Below are positions 10,213-19,541 of a DNA stretch of 64,000 nucleotides, one piece after another. Source of the stretch: Candidatus Spongiisociaceae bacterium. Lineage in GTDB: Bacteria > Actinomycetota > Acidimicrobiia > Spongiisociales > Spongiisociaceae. The notes under the pieces are model-generated. The model was not told the DNA's origin. It saw only the letters and a list, made by a program, of their open reading frames with translations, and did not search any database. The first letter of the stretch is position 1. Each line of letters begins with the position of its first letter. The position numbers and the translations under genes were made by a program. The stretch is from the NCBI GenBank assembly GCA_965202665.1, contig OZ241841.1, positions 1,088,001 through 1,152,000 of the forward strand. Direction: 5' to 3'.

Positions 10213-13200
10213 ATGACCGGCCTTTTCAACCGGGCATGGTTGGTCGTCTTGACTGTGTTGGGATTAGTCGCCGGCCTTTTGGGGCCCGGGGCCGAACGCG
10301 CCGCTGGCGAAAACGGCGAATCCGATCATCCGGCCGTCTATTCGGCTTGCGTGGGGGAGGCCGCCGAGTCGGCGGGGTTTGCGGACGCGGTCGGTTCCTT
10401 CGCCGAAAACGAGATCAACTGCATCTTCCACTACGGGATCACCAAAGGCCGCACCGCCACCCGTTTTTCCACCGGGGAGACCATTTCCCGCTGGCAGATG
10501 GCCCTGTTTTTGGCCCGGGGGGCCAGGGCGGCGGGCATCGTGTTGCCGGCCAGCCCGCGGGAACAGGGCTTCCGTGACATCGGGGGGCTGTCCCGGGAAG
10601 CGCAATGGGCGGTCAACGCCCTGTCGGGAGCGGGCATCATGCCCGGCGTTTCCGCCTTCTCTTTTGAGCCGAACGCCGGGGTCACCCGGGCTTCCATGGC
10701 CACCCTGCTCGACGGCTTCCTAAAGGCGGCCGTCATCGGAGAGGGGGGGACGGATCCGGAGAAGATAACCCCGGACGACAACGTTTTCACCGACATCGAC
10801 CGCGTGTCGGTAGCCGCCTACAACGCCATTCGGCGAATATACGAGATGGACATCACCAAAGGGCAGACCGAAACCCGATTCGCGCCCGACGGTCTGGTGA
10901 CCCGGGCGCAAATGGCGGCCTTCATCGCCCGCACCCTGTCCCACACCACCGCCCGGCCGGCCGGTTTGTCGCTGCAGGCCTCATCCGACGAGGTTTCCGG
11001 ATCGGAAGGTTCGGTGGAGTTGGTGGTGTCGGTGCGGGACCAAAACTTCCAGCCGGTGGTGGACGCGGTGGTGGACCTGTTCTACTCCTCCGAACCCCGG
11101 CAAGCTTTCCGCTCCGACGGAACCTGCGACCCCGGCCGGGTGACATCGGTGGACGGCTCGCGGCCATGCGTAATCGATTACGGGGATTCGCTTACCGACG
11201 AGCTGGGGGACATCGTCGCCATCAGCTACGCCCCGATCTCCGCCACCACCCTGTGGGCGTGGACCGGGCGGTTGCAGGACCGGTTCGACGAGGACTCAAC
11301 CGCCGCCCAAAGTCTGGAAATCGGATACATCCCGGCCCCCGCCCAGATGCTGGTAACCGATGACCTCGCCCCCAACCAGGAGAAACTGCGGCTGGGGCAG
11401 ACGGTTGTCTTCACCCTGCAACTGGCCGACGGCGACGGCGACCCGGTGCCGGAGCGGGACTGGCAAGTGACCGTCTCCATCTCCCAAATGGAAGTGGACG
11501 GGGGCACCAGCTCCAGCACCAGCACCTACAAGACGGACGGGGAAGGGCAGATCCGGTTCTCCTTCCGGCAGAACGGAACCAACGCCGACGGCGAAACGGC
11601 CCGGGTCTCGTTGCAGTTGAGCGCGGTCGCCACCCGCAGCGGGCAACCTTCCCTGCCGCTGGTGGACAAAACCACCAACAAGCGGATCCCGGCCGACGCC
11701 GTCGTTCCCGACGGACCCGATGAGGGCAGCGAACCCGATCCCCACCCGGACCGGGGCCGATACGTAGCCAACTGGGCGGAGGAACCCTCCCAACCGGAGA
11801 AACTGTCCCTCACGCAACGTTTCCCCTACGTGGCCGCCTCCGACGACGGCCGGGGGGCGGGCAACAGGGTCACCGCCCTGCTCACCGACCAGTACGGGGT
11901 CCCCATCCGGGGCAAACGCATCCTGTTCTACTCCGACGACCAGCAGGGGATCGGCGGCGACCCGGCGGGCGACGTGCGCTACCGGCGCACCACCAACCGG
12001 CGGGGCGAATCGGTCCTCTCCTACACCCGGGACGAGGACGACGGCGGCATAGAAGCCATCTGGGCCGTCTACAAAGAAGTGGTGGGCGCGGCGGACGACG
12101 CCGACGACCGTCCCGACAACGACGCCAACGACATTTCGCTCACCGCCGACCGGCTCTACCACTTCTGGGCCGAAACACCGGGGGCGGCGGCGGTCACCGG
12201 ACGCATCCTGGAAAAAGACCCAGACGACAACCGGCTGGTGATAGCCGCCGACGAGAAGGTGCTGCTGGTGGAATACGACGGCAACGACCATTTCATAGCA
12301 ACCAACGGGCGGCCCACTACCTTCACCGACTTCGAAAAGTCTTTGGCCGAAACGGGAGCGGACCAGGTCGCCCATCTGCGAGTGGAGTTCTACTCCGAAA
12401 CCGCCGGACAGGTCAGTTCTTTTACCGCCCGCAAAGAATGGCCCGGCATTCTGCCCCCCGATGACAACTTTATGAGTTACAACGCCGGCGGCGAACTGGT
12501 CCCCCGCCGGTTGCCGGGCGGTTCCCCGGGAACGGCGGTGGCGGCGGACAAAGGCGTGATCGTCATCGGGGTTCCGTACGCCGACCTGAAAGACTACGAC
12601 CACGACAGCAACCCCAACACAGCCGGCCAATGCCCCAACGGGTGCGGCGACGCCGGGTGGGTGAAGGTGTACAACAGCATCACCGACGCCTTGCCGCAAG
12701 TGCTGACCGCCCCCGCGCCGGCCGCCAAAGCGATGTTCGGGACCGATGTGGACATCGCCGGAGACACCATCGTGGTCGGCGAGCCGGGGGACGAATGGGG
12801 CGACGGCCGCCGCGAAGGCGCGGCTTACATCTTCGTGCGGAACAGCGTCTCCGGAAAGTGGGAGTACAAAGGCCATTTGAACGACGACAACGCCAGCTCC
12901 GGAATAACCTATTCCACCGACGCCGCCTTGGGAACGGACGAATACGACCGCATGTTCGGCCGGTCGGTGGCCATCAGCGGGGACGGCCAGGTGGCGGCGA
13001 TCGCCGTTCCCTACGAGGACCGCATCGGACGCACCTCCGACCCGATGACCGACCGGGGCCGGGCGGGGGCCGTTTACCTGTACGTGAAACCCGCCGCGGG
13101 ATGGTCGTCCATCGAAACCCCCAAATACACCCTGTTGCCCGCCGCCGAATCCAATGAGGCGATCGGCATGAACAAGAATCTGGCCATCTCCCACGACGGA

Positions 13201-13875
13201 ACCGAGGTGGCGGTGGGCTCCGATTCCGCAAACGGCGGCCGAGGGCGGGTGTACGTATTCCAAACAAGTTCGGTAGCCACCTGGAACGAGCCGTCGGCCA
13301 GCCCGGCCCGTCCCACCCATCCTTCGGACGCCGTTCTCACCGCCCCCGCCGAAGGGGCCAACTTCATTTTCGGCAGACGGGTGGGGTTCGACAAGGCCGG
13401 GGACACTTTGGTTATCGGCTCCGGTTCGGAAGATCGCGAAGGCGGCGGCCACCCGGGCAAGATCTACGTGGCGGAAGACGACGACTGGACTTCCCCGACG
13501 GGCCGCACCATCGCCGTGTTGCAGGCCTCCAAACCGCGCATACCGGATCAGTTCAGCCAATACGTTTCCATCAACCCTGAGGGCACGGAGGTGGCGGGCG
13601 GCCGCCACTACCGGCGGGAGGGCGGCCAACGCGGGTCGGTGGCCCTGTTCAAACGCGACGGAACCACCTGGACCGTGGAAACCGCCTCCGGCGGACGGGG
13701 TCCCACGGGCGAGAAGCAGACCGGAATAGACGAAGAGTTCCTCGGCGCCGCCCCCGGAGACGGACTGGGCTGGGAGACAACTTTCGACCGGACCACCGGC
13801 GCGTTGTATTCCTCCACCCGCCGCGACGACCCCGGCGGTTTCTTCCGGTTCCGCCTCTACCAGATCCAGAGATGA
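10213..13875 (+). CDS. Secreted SLH-domain surface protein with a C-terminal FG-GAP repeat propeller (paralog 1)
   Basis: Signal peptide. SLH-like repeats (GITKG..F...ETISRWQMALFL; VTRAQMAAFI). Ig-like middle region. 'FGTDVDIAGDTIVVGEPG..GAAYIF' and 'FGRSVAISGDG..AIAVP..GAVYLY'. GAGGAG RBS. Confidence 0.85.
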   Translation: MTGLFNRAWLVVLTVLGLVAGLLGPGAERAAGENGESDHPAVYSACVGEAAESAGFADAVGSFAENEINCIFHYGITKGRTATRFSTGETISRWQMALFLARGARAAGIVLPASPREQGFRDIGGLSREAQWAVNALSGAGIMPGVSAFSFEPNAGVTRASMATLLDGFLKAAVIGEGGTDPEKITPDDNVFTDIDRVSVAAYNAIRRIYEMDITKGQTETRFAPDGLVTRAQMAAFIARTLSHTTARPAGLSLQASSDEVSGSEGSVELVVSVRDQNFQPVVDAVVDLFYSSEPRQAFRSDGTCDPGRVTSVDGSRPCVIDYGDSLTDELGDIVAISYAPISATTLWAWTGRLQDRFDEDSTAAQSLEIGYIPAPAQMLVTDDLAPNQEKLRLGQTVVFTLQLADGDGDPVPERDWQVTVSISQMEVDGGTSSSTSTYKTDGEGQIRFSFRQNGTNADGETARVSLQLSAVATRSGQPSLPLVDKTTNKRIPADAVVPDGPDEGSEPDPHPDRGRYVANWAEEPSQPEKLSLTQRFPYVAASDDGRGAGNRVTALLTDQYGVPIRGKRILFYSDDQQGIGGDPAGDVRYRRTTNRRGESVLSYTRDEDDGGIEAIWAVYKEVVGAADDADDRPDNDANDISLTADRLYHFWAETPGAAAVTGRILEKDPDDNRLVIAADEKVLLVEYDGNDHFIATNGRPTTFTDFEKSLAETGADQVAHLRVEFYSETAGQVSSFTARKEWPGILPPDDNFMSYNAGGELVPRRLPGGSPGTAVAADKGVIVIGVPYADLKDYDHDSNPNTAGQCPNGCGDAGWVKVYNSITDALPQVLTAPAPAAKAMFGTDVDIAGDTIVVGEPGDEWGDGRREGAAYIFVRNSVSGKWEYKGHLNDDNASSGITYSTDAALGTDEYDRMFGRSVAISGDGQVAAIAVPYEDRIGRTSDPMTDRGRAGAVYLYVKPAAGWSSIETPKYTLLPAAESNEAIGMNKNLAISHDGTEVAVGSDSANGGRGRVYVFQTSSVATWNEPSASPARPTHPSDAVLTAPAEGANFIFGRRVGFDKAGDTLVIGSGSEDREGGGHPGKIYVAEDDDWTSPTGRTIAVLQASKPRIPDQFSQYVSINPEGTEVAGGRHYRREGGQRGSVALFKRDGTTWTVETASGGRGPTGEKQTGIDEEFLGAAPGDGLGWETTFDRTTGALYSSTRRDDPGGFFRFRLYQIQR

Positions 13876-14047
13876 GATAGGAAACCCACCCGTCCCAGCG
13901 CGCCGGGGAAAATTTTGCCGTAGAAGGGGGGAGACGGCTACAATAATCCCACACCCCAACAGGCAGGGTCTTAAATCTCGCGCTATTATAAAGCAACCGC
14001 CCGGCCGAGCCGGATGCCCGCATCGCGGTCAAAGGAGATATAACCAG

Positions 14048-17000
14048 GTGACGATTTCCATTAAAAAGTCCTGTTTGATTGGAATAGCCGTTTTGGGACT
14101 GGTGGCCGGTCTTTTGGGAGGGGACTACGACCGGGCGGAGGCGACCGCCGGCGAACCCGATAATTTGGCCGAATTTTCGGCTTGCGTGGGACCGGCCGCC
14201 GCCGATGCCGGTTTCGAAGATACGGCCGGAACCGCCCTGGAAGACGCCGTCAACTGCTTGGCCTACTACGGGATCACCCAGGGCCGCGACGGCGACCGTT
14301 TCGCCCCCGGCGAGACGGTGCTCCGCTGGCAGATGGCCCTGTTTTTAGCCCGGGCCGCCCGTCCGGCCGGAATCGTGCTGCCCTCCAGCCCCTCCGACCA
14401 GGGTTTCACCGACCTGGACGAACTGTCCCCCGCAACCCGGGACGACATCAACCGCGTCGCCCAACTGGGGATAATGCCCGGCCTCTACCAAGGACATTTT
14501 GAGCCCAATCGGGCGGTGACCCGGGAGTCCATGGCCGTGTTGTTGGACGCTTTTCTGAGCCAGGCGATGATCAGCGACGGCGGCTTCCGTCCGGCCGATG
14601 TCAAACCGGACGATGCGGTGTTCACCGACATCGGCGGGGCGTCCATCAACTCCTACAACGCCATCCGCCGGGTGTACGAGTTGGGCATCACCCGCGGGGT
14701 GGGCGGGGGCCGTTTCGCCCCCAACGACCCGGTTACCAGAGGGCAAATGGCCGCTTTCATCACCCGGACTTTGGGGCATACCATCGCCCGTCCGGCCGGG
14801 GTGACGGTGCAGGTCAAATCAACCGGGTCGGATCCGGTTACGGTCACCGTAAACGACGGAGTCCAACTGTCCATAGCGGTGCGGGACTCCGCTTTCAGCC
14901 CGTTGCCGAACGCGCCGGTGGATGTTTTCACGTTCTCCGGAACGGCCCCGGTTTTCACAGACGAAGGGAGCTGCCTAACCAACCGGGTGCGGGCGGTAGG
15001 CGGAACCCAGGCATGCGCCATCGACTTCACCGATGAACGGACCAACCTGCAGGGGGTCTTGGCCCTTAGCATCACCGCCGATCGGACGTTAACCGTGCGG
15101 GCGTGGAGCGGCCAAGCGGGGGATCAATACGATTCAGACCAGACCGTGGGGGCCGGTTCGCTGGATGTAACCACTTTCAAAGAGGCCAGCCAGCTGCTTA
15201 TCTCCGACGACTTGGCCGAAGGGCAGAAGAAACTGCATTTCGGGGACGCGGTCACCTTTACCGTCCAAGTGGCGGACGAAGACGAAAATCCGATCCCGGA
15301 AGCGGACAAGGTCATCACCATCGGCGAAAACATCACCGCCGCCGACGGCTCCGCCTCCGGCCGCTCCCGCACTTTCCGAACCGACGCCGCCGGAGCGGCG
15401 CAGTTCTCGTTCATCCAAAACGACCCGGACGCCGCCCAAAACAGCCCGGACGCGGTGGTCGCCTTCACCGTCGGCTCCGCCGATTTTTCAGTGAATGACA
15501 AAACCGCCAACGGAACCGACGCCAACGGCCGCTACACGGCCACCTGGTCGGACGACGCTCCGGTGGAAACCACCCTGGCCCTGGACCAAGAGAAGGATTA
15601 CACTTTGGCCACCGACGACGGCAAAGGGGCGGTGCATACGGTAACCGCCCTGCTGACCGACCAGTACGGAGATCCGATCCCCCGGGGGCTCATCCATTTC
15701 ACATCCAACGATCCGGCGGGCCTGGGCATGACCGCCTCCGGAGGGGCCCGTTACCAGCGCTTCACCGACGACGCGGGGATGGCCTTCACCGGTTACCGGC
15801 GGGACAACGCCGCCGGGCGGGTGGAAACCATTACCGCCCTCTACCAGGGGGCCAGCGCCGCCGCCGACGACGACATTTCCGCCGAACGGCTCTACCACTA
15901 CTGGGCGGTGGAACCGGAACCGTCCGCCCGTTTCACCGCCCGGCTGGTGCAACCCGACTTGGAGAACAACCGCCTGCTGTTGCTGGGCAACGACGTCTGG
16001 CTGGTCTCCTTCGACGGCAACGACCAGCTGAGCCTGGCCAGCGGCCCCGCCCAGATGGACGCTTTCGTACGAGCCTTGGAAGGCGACCAAGTAGCCCACG
16101 CCGCCGTCTCCCACTACGCCGACCGGGCCCGCGGGGTGAGCATCATCGCCTTGCGCAACCGCTGGCCGAAACTGGCCGTTCCCGCCGGGGCCGAACACGA
16201 TGAACACGCCTTCGTGTTCGCCTCCGACGACGGGGTGATCGTGGTCGGTTCCCCCAAAGACGACGTAACCTCCGGCGGGATGGTCCGCCAGGAGGCGGGG
16301 GCCGTTTACGTGTACGAAGGAGCGGACGACGACTCCCCGGCCCGGCTGACCAGCTCCACCCCGGTGGGTTTGGGCGGTTTCGGCTCTTCGGTGGACATCC
16401 GGGGCGATGTCATCGCCGTCGGGCATCCCCGCGGCGGGAGCACCGGCAAAGGGATTGTGGAAGTGTTCACCAAACCGGCGGGCGGCTGGGCCGACTCCGA
16501 CTCTTCCACGGTATGGCACGACGGGTCCAACGGAGTGGGTCCTTCCGCCACCAACAACTACGAATTCGGCAAAGTGGTGACCCTGTCCGGGGATGGAACC
16601 AAAATGGCGGTGGCCGCCCCCGGCCGGACGCGGGTCTATCTGTTCACCATTTCCGGAGCGGACGCCGACGACCAGACCGGGATGGGCGTTCCGGTGCTGG
16701 TTCCCTCCGACGCTTCCGCCTTCACCGGCCTCCTCCAGCGGGCTTTCGCCCAGGGGGGTCCGGGAGGGATGCTGGCCGTCTCCGAAGACGGCTCCACGGT
16801 GGCGGTCGGGGCCTACGCCCTGCCTTCGGCGGAGGACCGGGACGGCGCGGGGGCGGTGTATATGTTCGTCAAACCGGACCCAGACTGGAACGACACGGCC
16901 GCCAACCAATCCAACGGCAAACTGACCGAAGCCGGAGCCCTGTCCGGGGAATGGCTGGGCTGGTCGGTGGATATAACCGCCGACGGCTCTACCGTGGTAA

Positions 17001-17413
17001 CCGGCGCCCACGCCACCGACGCCGCAGAAAGCCGGGCGTTGATCTACCAGCGGCCCGCCGGCGGATGGGGCGACGCCGATCAGCCGACCGCCGCCCTGTC
17101 GGCTCCTTCCGGCGACCCATTGGGGGAGGAAGACGATGATTACGGCCAACATGCGGCCATCAGCGACGACGGCTCCCTGGTGGCCAGCTCCCGGGCCGCC
17201 CGCCCCGCCGAAAACGACCATCTGCGGGAACCGGTGCACATTTTCACCCGTCCCGCCGAAGGTTGGACGGCCATGGCCCCCGACTCCATCCAACACTTGG
17301 CCCCCCGCCGGTGGATCCGGTTCGGCTGGGGCACAACCATCGACGACGAAACCGGCCAAGTCCTGTCCGCCGAAGCGGTAGTCCCCCACCAAATCTACCT
17401 AATAACCCCCTAA
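14048..17413 (+). CDS. Secreted SLH-domain surface protein with a C-terminal FG-GAP repeat propeller (paralog 2)
   Basis: GTG start with AAAGGAG upstream. Same SLH core. 'FGSSVDIRGDVIAVG', 'FGKVVTLSGDG', 'LGWSVDITADG', 'YGQHAAISDDG'. Confidence 0.85.
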   Translation: MTISIKKSCLIGIAVLGLVAGLLGGDYDRAEATAGEPDNLAEFSACVGPAAADAGFEDTAGTALEDAVNCLAYYGITQGRDGDRFAPGETVLRWQMALFLARAARPAGIVLPSSPSDQGFTDLDELSPATRDDINRVAQLGIMPGLYQGHFEPNRAVTRESMAVLLDAFLSQAMISDGGFRPADVKPDDAVFTDIGGASINSYNAIRRVYELGITRGVGGGRFAPNDPVTRGQMAAFITRTLGHTIARPAGVTVQVKSTGSDPVTVTVNDGVQLSIAVRDSAFSPLPNAPVDVFTFSGTAPVFTDEGSCLTNRVRAVGGTQACAIDFTDERTNLQGVLALSITADRTLTVRAWSGQAGDQYDSDQTVGAGSLDVTTFKEASQLLISDDLAEGQKKLHFGDAVTFTVQVADEDENPIPEADKVITIGENITAADGSASGRSRTFRTDAAGAAQFSFIQNDPDAAQNSPDAVVAFTVGSADFSVNDKTANGTDANGRYTATWSDDAPVETTLALDQEKDYTLATDDGKGAVHTVTALLTDQYGDPIPRGLIHFTSNDPAGLGMTASGGARYQRFTDDAGMAFTGYRRDNAAGRVETITALYQGASAAADDDISAERLYHYWAVEPEPSARFTARLVQPDLENNRLLLLGNDVWLVSFDGNDQLSLASGPAQMDAFVRALEGDQVAHAAVSHYADRARGVSIIALRNRWPKLAVPAGAEHDEHAFVFASDDGVIVVGSPKDDVTSGGMVRQEAGAVYVYEGADDDSPARLTSSTPVGLGGFGSSVDIRGDVIAVGHPRGGSTGKGIVEVFTKPAGGWADSDSSTVWHDGSNGVGPSATNNYEFGKVVTLSGDGTKMAVAAPGRTRVYLFTISGADADDQTGMGVPVLVPSDASAFTGLLQRAFAQGGPGGMLAVSEDGSTVAVGAYALPSAEDRDGAGAVYMFVKPDPDWNDTAANQSNGKLTEAGALSGEWLGWSVDITADGSTVVTGAHATDAAESRALIYQRPAGGWGDADQPTAALSAPSGDPLGEEDDDYGQHAAISDDGSLVASSRAARPAENDHLREPVHIFTRPAEGWTAMAPDSIQHLAPRRWIRFGWGTTIDDETGQVLSAEAVVPHQIYLITP

Positions 17414-17480
17414 AACCGACCCGGGGCACCGCTAGAGGAACATAGCGGGCCGCTTGGTGGAAGGTCCTGGTCGGTTTTTT
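17412..17480 (+). terminator. Possible intrinsic terminator (branched hairpin) after SLH paralog 2
   Basis: AAAACCGACC (17412-17421) pairs with GGTCGGTTTT (17469-17478), with an inner CCGCTA/TAGCGG stem, and the structure ends in a T run. Confidence 0.45.
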
Positions 17481-17646
17481 GTCACACCCCTATTGCCAAT
17501 ATAAGCCATAACCAGGACACAGGGCGGGAGGGAAAGGCCAGGCGGGCAACGATGCTCGTATTACGCTTTGGGGACGAAGGAGAAGGCCATGGAGCTGAGC
17601 AAAAAAGTCAAGCACGCCAGCAAGCCGTCGTAGGGTGTTCCACCAC

Positions 17647-18618
17647 ATGACGACAACAGGAGCCGTATTCACCGACGCAACGGACGCCCTCGTTGGCGCA
17701 CCGGCGGCGCTGGCCAGCCTGGAGACGTTCGCTGACTTGTTCTGCGGGATCGGCGGCTTCCACGTTGCCGCGTCCAGAGCCGGCATGACGTGCGTCTTCG
17801 CCTCCGACATCGACGAGACGGCCCGAAACGTCTACGAGGCGAACCTGGGCCATCGCCCGGTCGGCGACATTGCCGACATCGACGCCGACCAGGTGCCCGA
17901 CCACGACGTACTGTTCGCCGGTCTGCCGTGTCAGCCGTTCAGCATCATCGGCGACCGGCGGGGGATGGCGGACCCCCGGGGAACTCTCTTCTTCGAGACG
18001 GCTCGGATCATCGAGGCAAAGCGCCCGCAAGCGGTTGTGATCGAAAACGTCCGCCAGTTCGCGACCAACCAGGACGGCCAAGCCCTGAAGTGCGTGCTGG
18101 ACACGCTGGAAAGATTGGGTTACGGAGTGGACTGGAAGGTGCTCAACGCACTCCACCACGGGTTGCCGCAACGGCGCGAGCGAATCTTCATCGTCGGCGT
18201 CAAGGGCATGGATTCGCGGACGTTCCCCTGGTCGGAGGGCAAGGCCCCTATGACGCCGCTAGCCGAAGTGCTGGAACCCAATCCTCCGCCGGAAGCGTTC
18301 GCGTCGCGCCGCATTCGCGAATCCAGGCAGAAAATTCACACACCCAGCTGCCGTCCCGCGATCTGGCACGAGAACAAGGGAGGCAACGTGTCCAGCCACC
18401 CGTTCTCTTGTGCGCTCCGGGCGTCGGCCAGCTACAACTACTTGCTGGTGGACGGAACGCGGCGGCTCACCAACCGCGAAATGTTGCGGTTGCAGGGTTT
18501 TCCCGACACCTACCAGATGGACCTGCCGACGACCACCGTCCGCAGGCTCACGGGCAACGCCGTTGCCGTCCCCGTCGTCGAAGCCGTCATACGCCAGTTG
18601 CTCCATGTCTGCGCCTGA
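17647..18618 (+). CDS. DNA (cytosine-5)-methyltransferase
   Basis: Motif I DLFCGIGGF, motif IV AGLPCQPFS, motif VI IENV, motif VIII PQRRERIF, motif IX R.LTNREMLRLQGFP, motif X GNAV. Start is ATG 17647 or GTG 17635. Confidence 0.95.
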   Translation: MTTTGAVFTDATDALVGAPAALASLETFADLFCGIGGFHVAASRAGMTCVFASDIDETARNVYEANLGHRPVGDIADIDADQVPDHDVLFAGLPCQPFSIIGDRRGMADPRGTLFFETARIIEAKRPQAVVIENVRQFATNQDGQALKCVLDTLERLGYGVDWKVLNALHHGLPQRRERIFIVGVKGMDSRTFPWSEGKAPMTPLAEVLEPNPPPEAFASRRIRESRQKIHTPSCRPAIWHENKGGNVSSHPFSCALRASASYNYLLVDGTRRLTNREMLRLQGFPDTYQMDLPTTTVRRLTGNAVAVPVVEAVIRQLLHVCA

Positions 18619-19357
18619 CCCCCGCCTCAAAGGCGCGTCCGGCGCAAGCAGAGGACCGTGGCCTGTAGGCGCGATACCCGATAGTGTGCTCTACGTCCTG
18701 GGGCGTGAAATCGTCTACTGGCAGGCCGTAGGCAACAGCGACATCACCGGGGACAAGTTCGGCGACATGTTCGCGGATGCTGTTGGCGGCGAGCACCTAG
18801 CCAAGCCGCTGGGATTGGGAGACGTAGTGAGCGACGGTACCGCTTGGTCGCTCAAGACTGCGAAGAAGCCCAACGTCCGCCAGTCCGCCGTCGAGCGATT
18901 CATCTCCGGTCGCAACTCGCCAGACTTCTCGCTCGGGGTTGCTGATCCGCGCAAGGACCCGGAGGCCACGGGCCGGGCCGTGTTGGCCATCTGGAACAGC
19001 CGACTCAACGCATCGCTGAACGAATTCAACGAGTTGCGCTTGGCCTGCTTGATCCGCGACCACCAGCTACGGGACTTCTGCCTGTTCGAGCAACCGCTCA
19101 CGCAGTTCCCCGTCGGAGATTACACCTGGCGGTTCGAGGCACGGATGAAAGGCGCGAACGAAAACCTGCAGGGCTACGAGCGTGCCACGGGCGAACACCG
19201 CTTCACGTGGCAGCCTCATGGCGGACAGTTCACCGTCAAGCGCCCCAGGCCGGGGTCTTCCCGATACTTCCGCATTGTAAAGAACGTGCCGCTTCACACA
19301 AAGGAATCTGTCCTAAAGTGGATCGGTTACCGAGACAGCTGGATCGAGTTCGGCTAG
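18605..19357 (+). CDS. Putative type II restriction endonuclease
   Basis: ATG 18605 overlaps the end of the MTase gene. PD-(D/E)xK-like 'GDVV....WSLK', plus 'ISGRNSPDFS' and 'FTWQPHGGQFT'. The specificity cannot be assigned by eye. Confidence 0.7.
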   Translation: MSAPDPRLKGASGASRGPWPVGAIPDSVLYVLGREIVYWQAVGNSDITGDKFGDMFADAVGGEHLAKPLGLGDVVSDGTAWSLKTAKKPNVRQSAVERFISGRNSPDFSLGVADPRKDPEATGRAVLAIWNSRLNASLNEFNELRLACLIRDHQLRDFCLFEQPLTQFPVGDYTWRFEARMKGANENLQGYERATGEHRFTWQPHGGQFTVKRPRPGSSRYFRIVKNVPLHTKESVLKWIGYRDSWIEFG

Positions 19358-19541
19358 CTAGGTATGTAACCCCTGTTTTTATCGACGGCATGGACAACAA
19401 GGCAGGCAGCTGTAAAAGGTTCATACACCGTCGCCGGTGAATGGAAACGAATCATCTGGCCGGGCGGCTTTGCCCTATGGCAGAGGCGGCGAACGGGCGG
19501 ATAGCCGACTGCTTCAACCCGGAGAGTCCCCAGGGCGGGGT

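Noticed and set aside
11296-17392. Long minus-strand ORFs (887 aa and 634 aa) opposite the SLH genes
   Set aside because: Shadow frames. The plus-strand genes carry the signal peptides, RBSs and family motifs.
19352-19362. CTAGCTAG at the end of the endonuclease gene, and a CTAG at about 17432, as a possible target duplication for the RM cassette
   Set aside because: Only 4-5 bp, partly the stop codon itself, with no terminal inverted repeats or recombinase.
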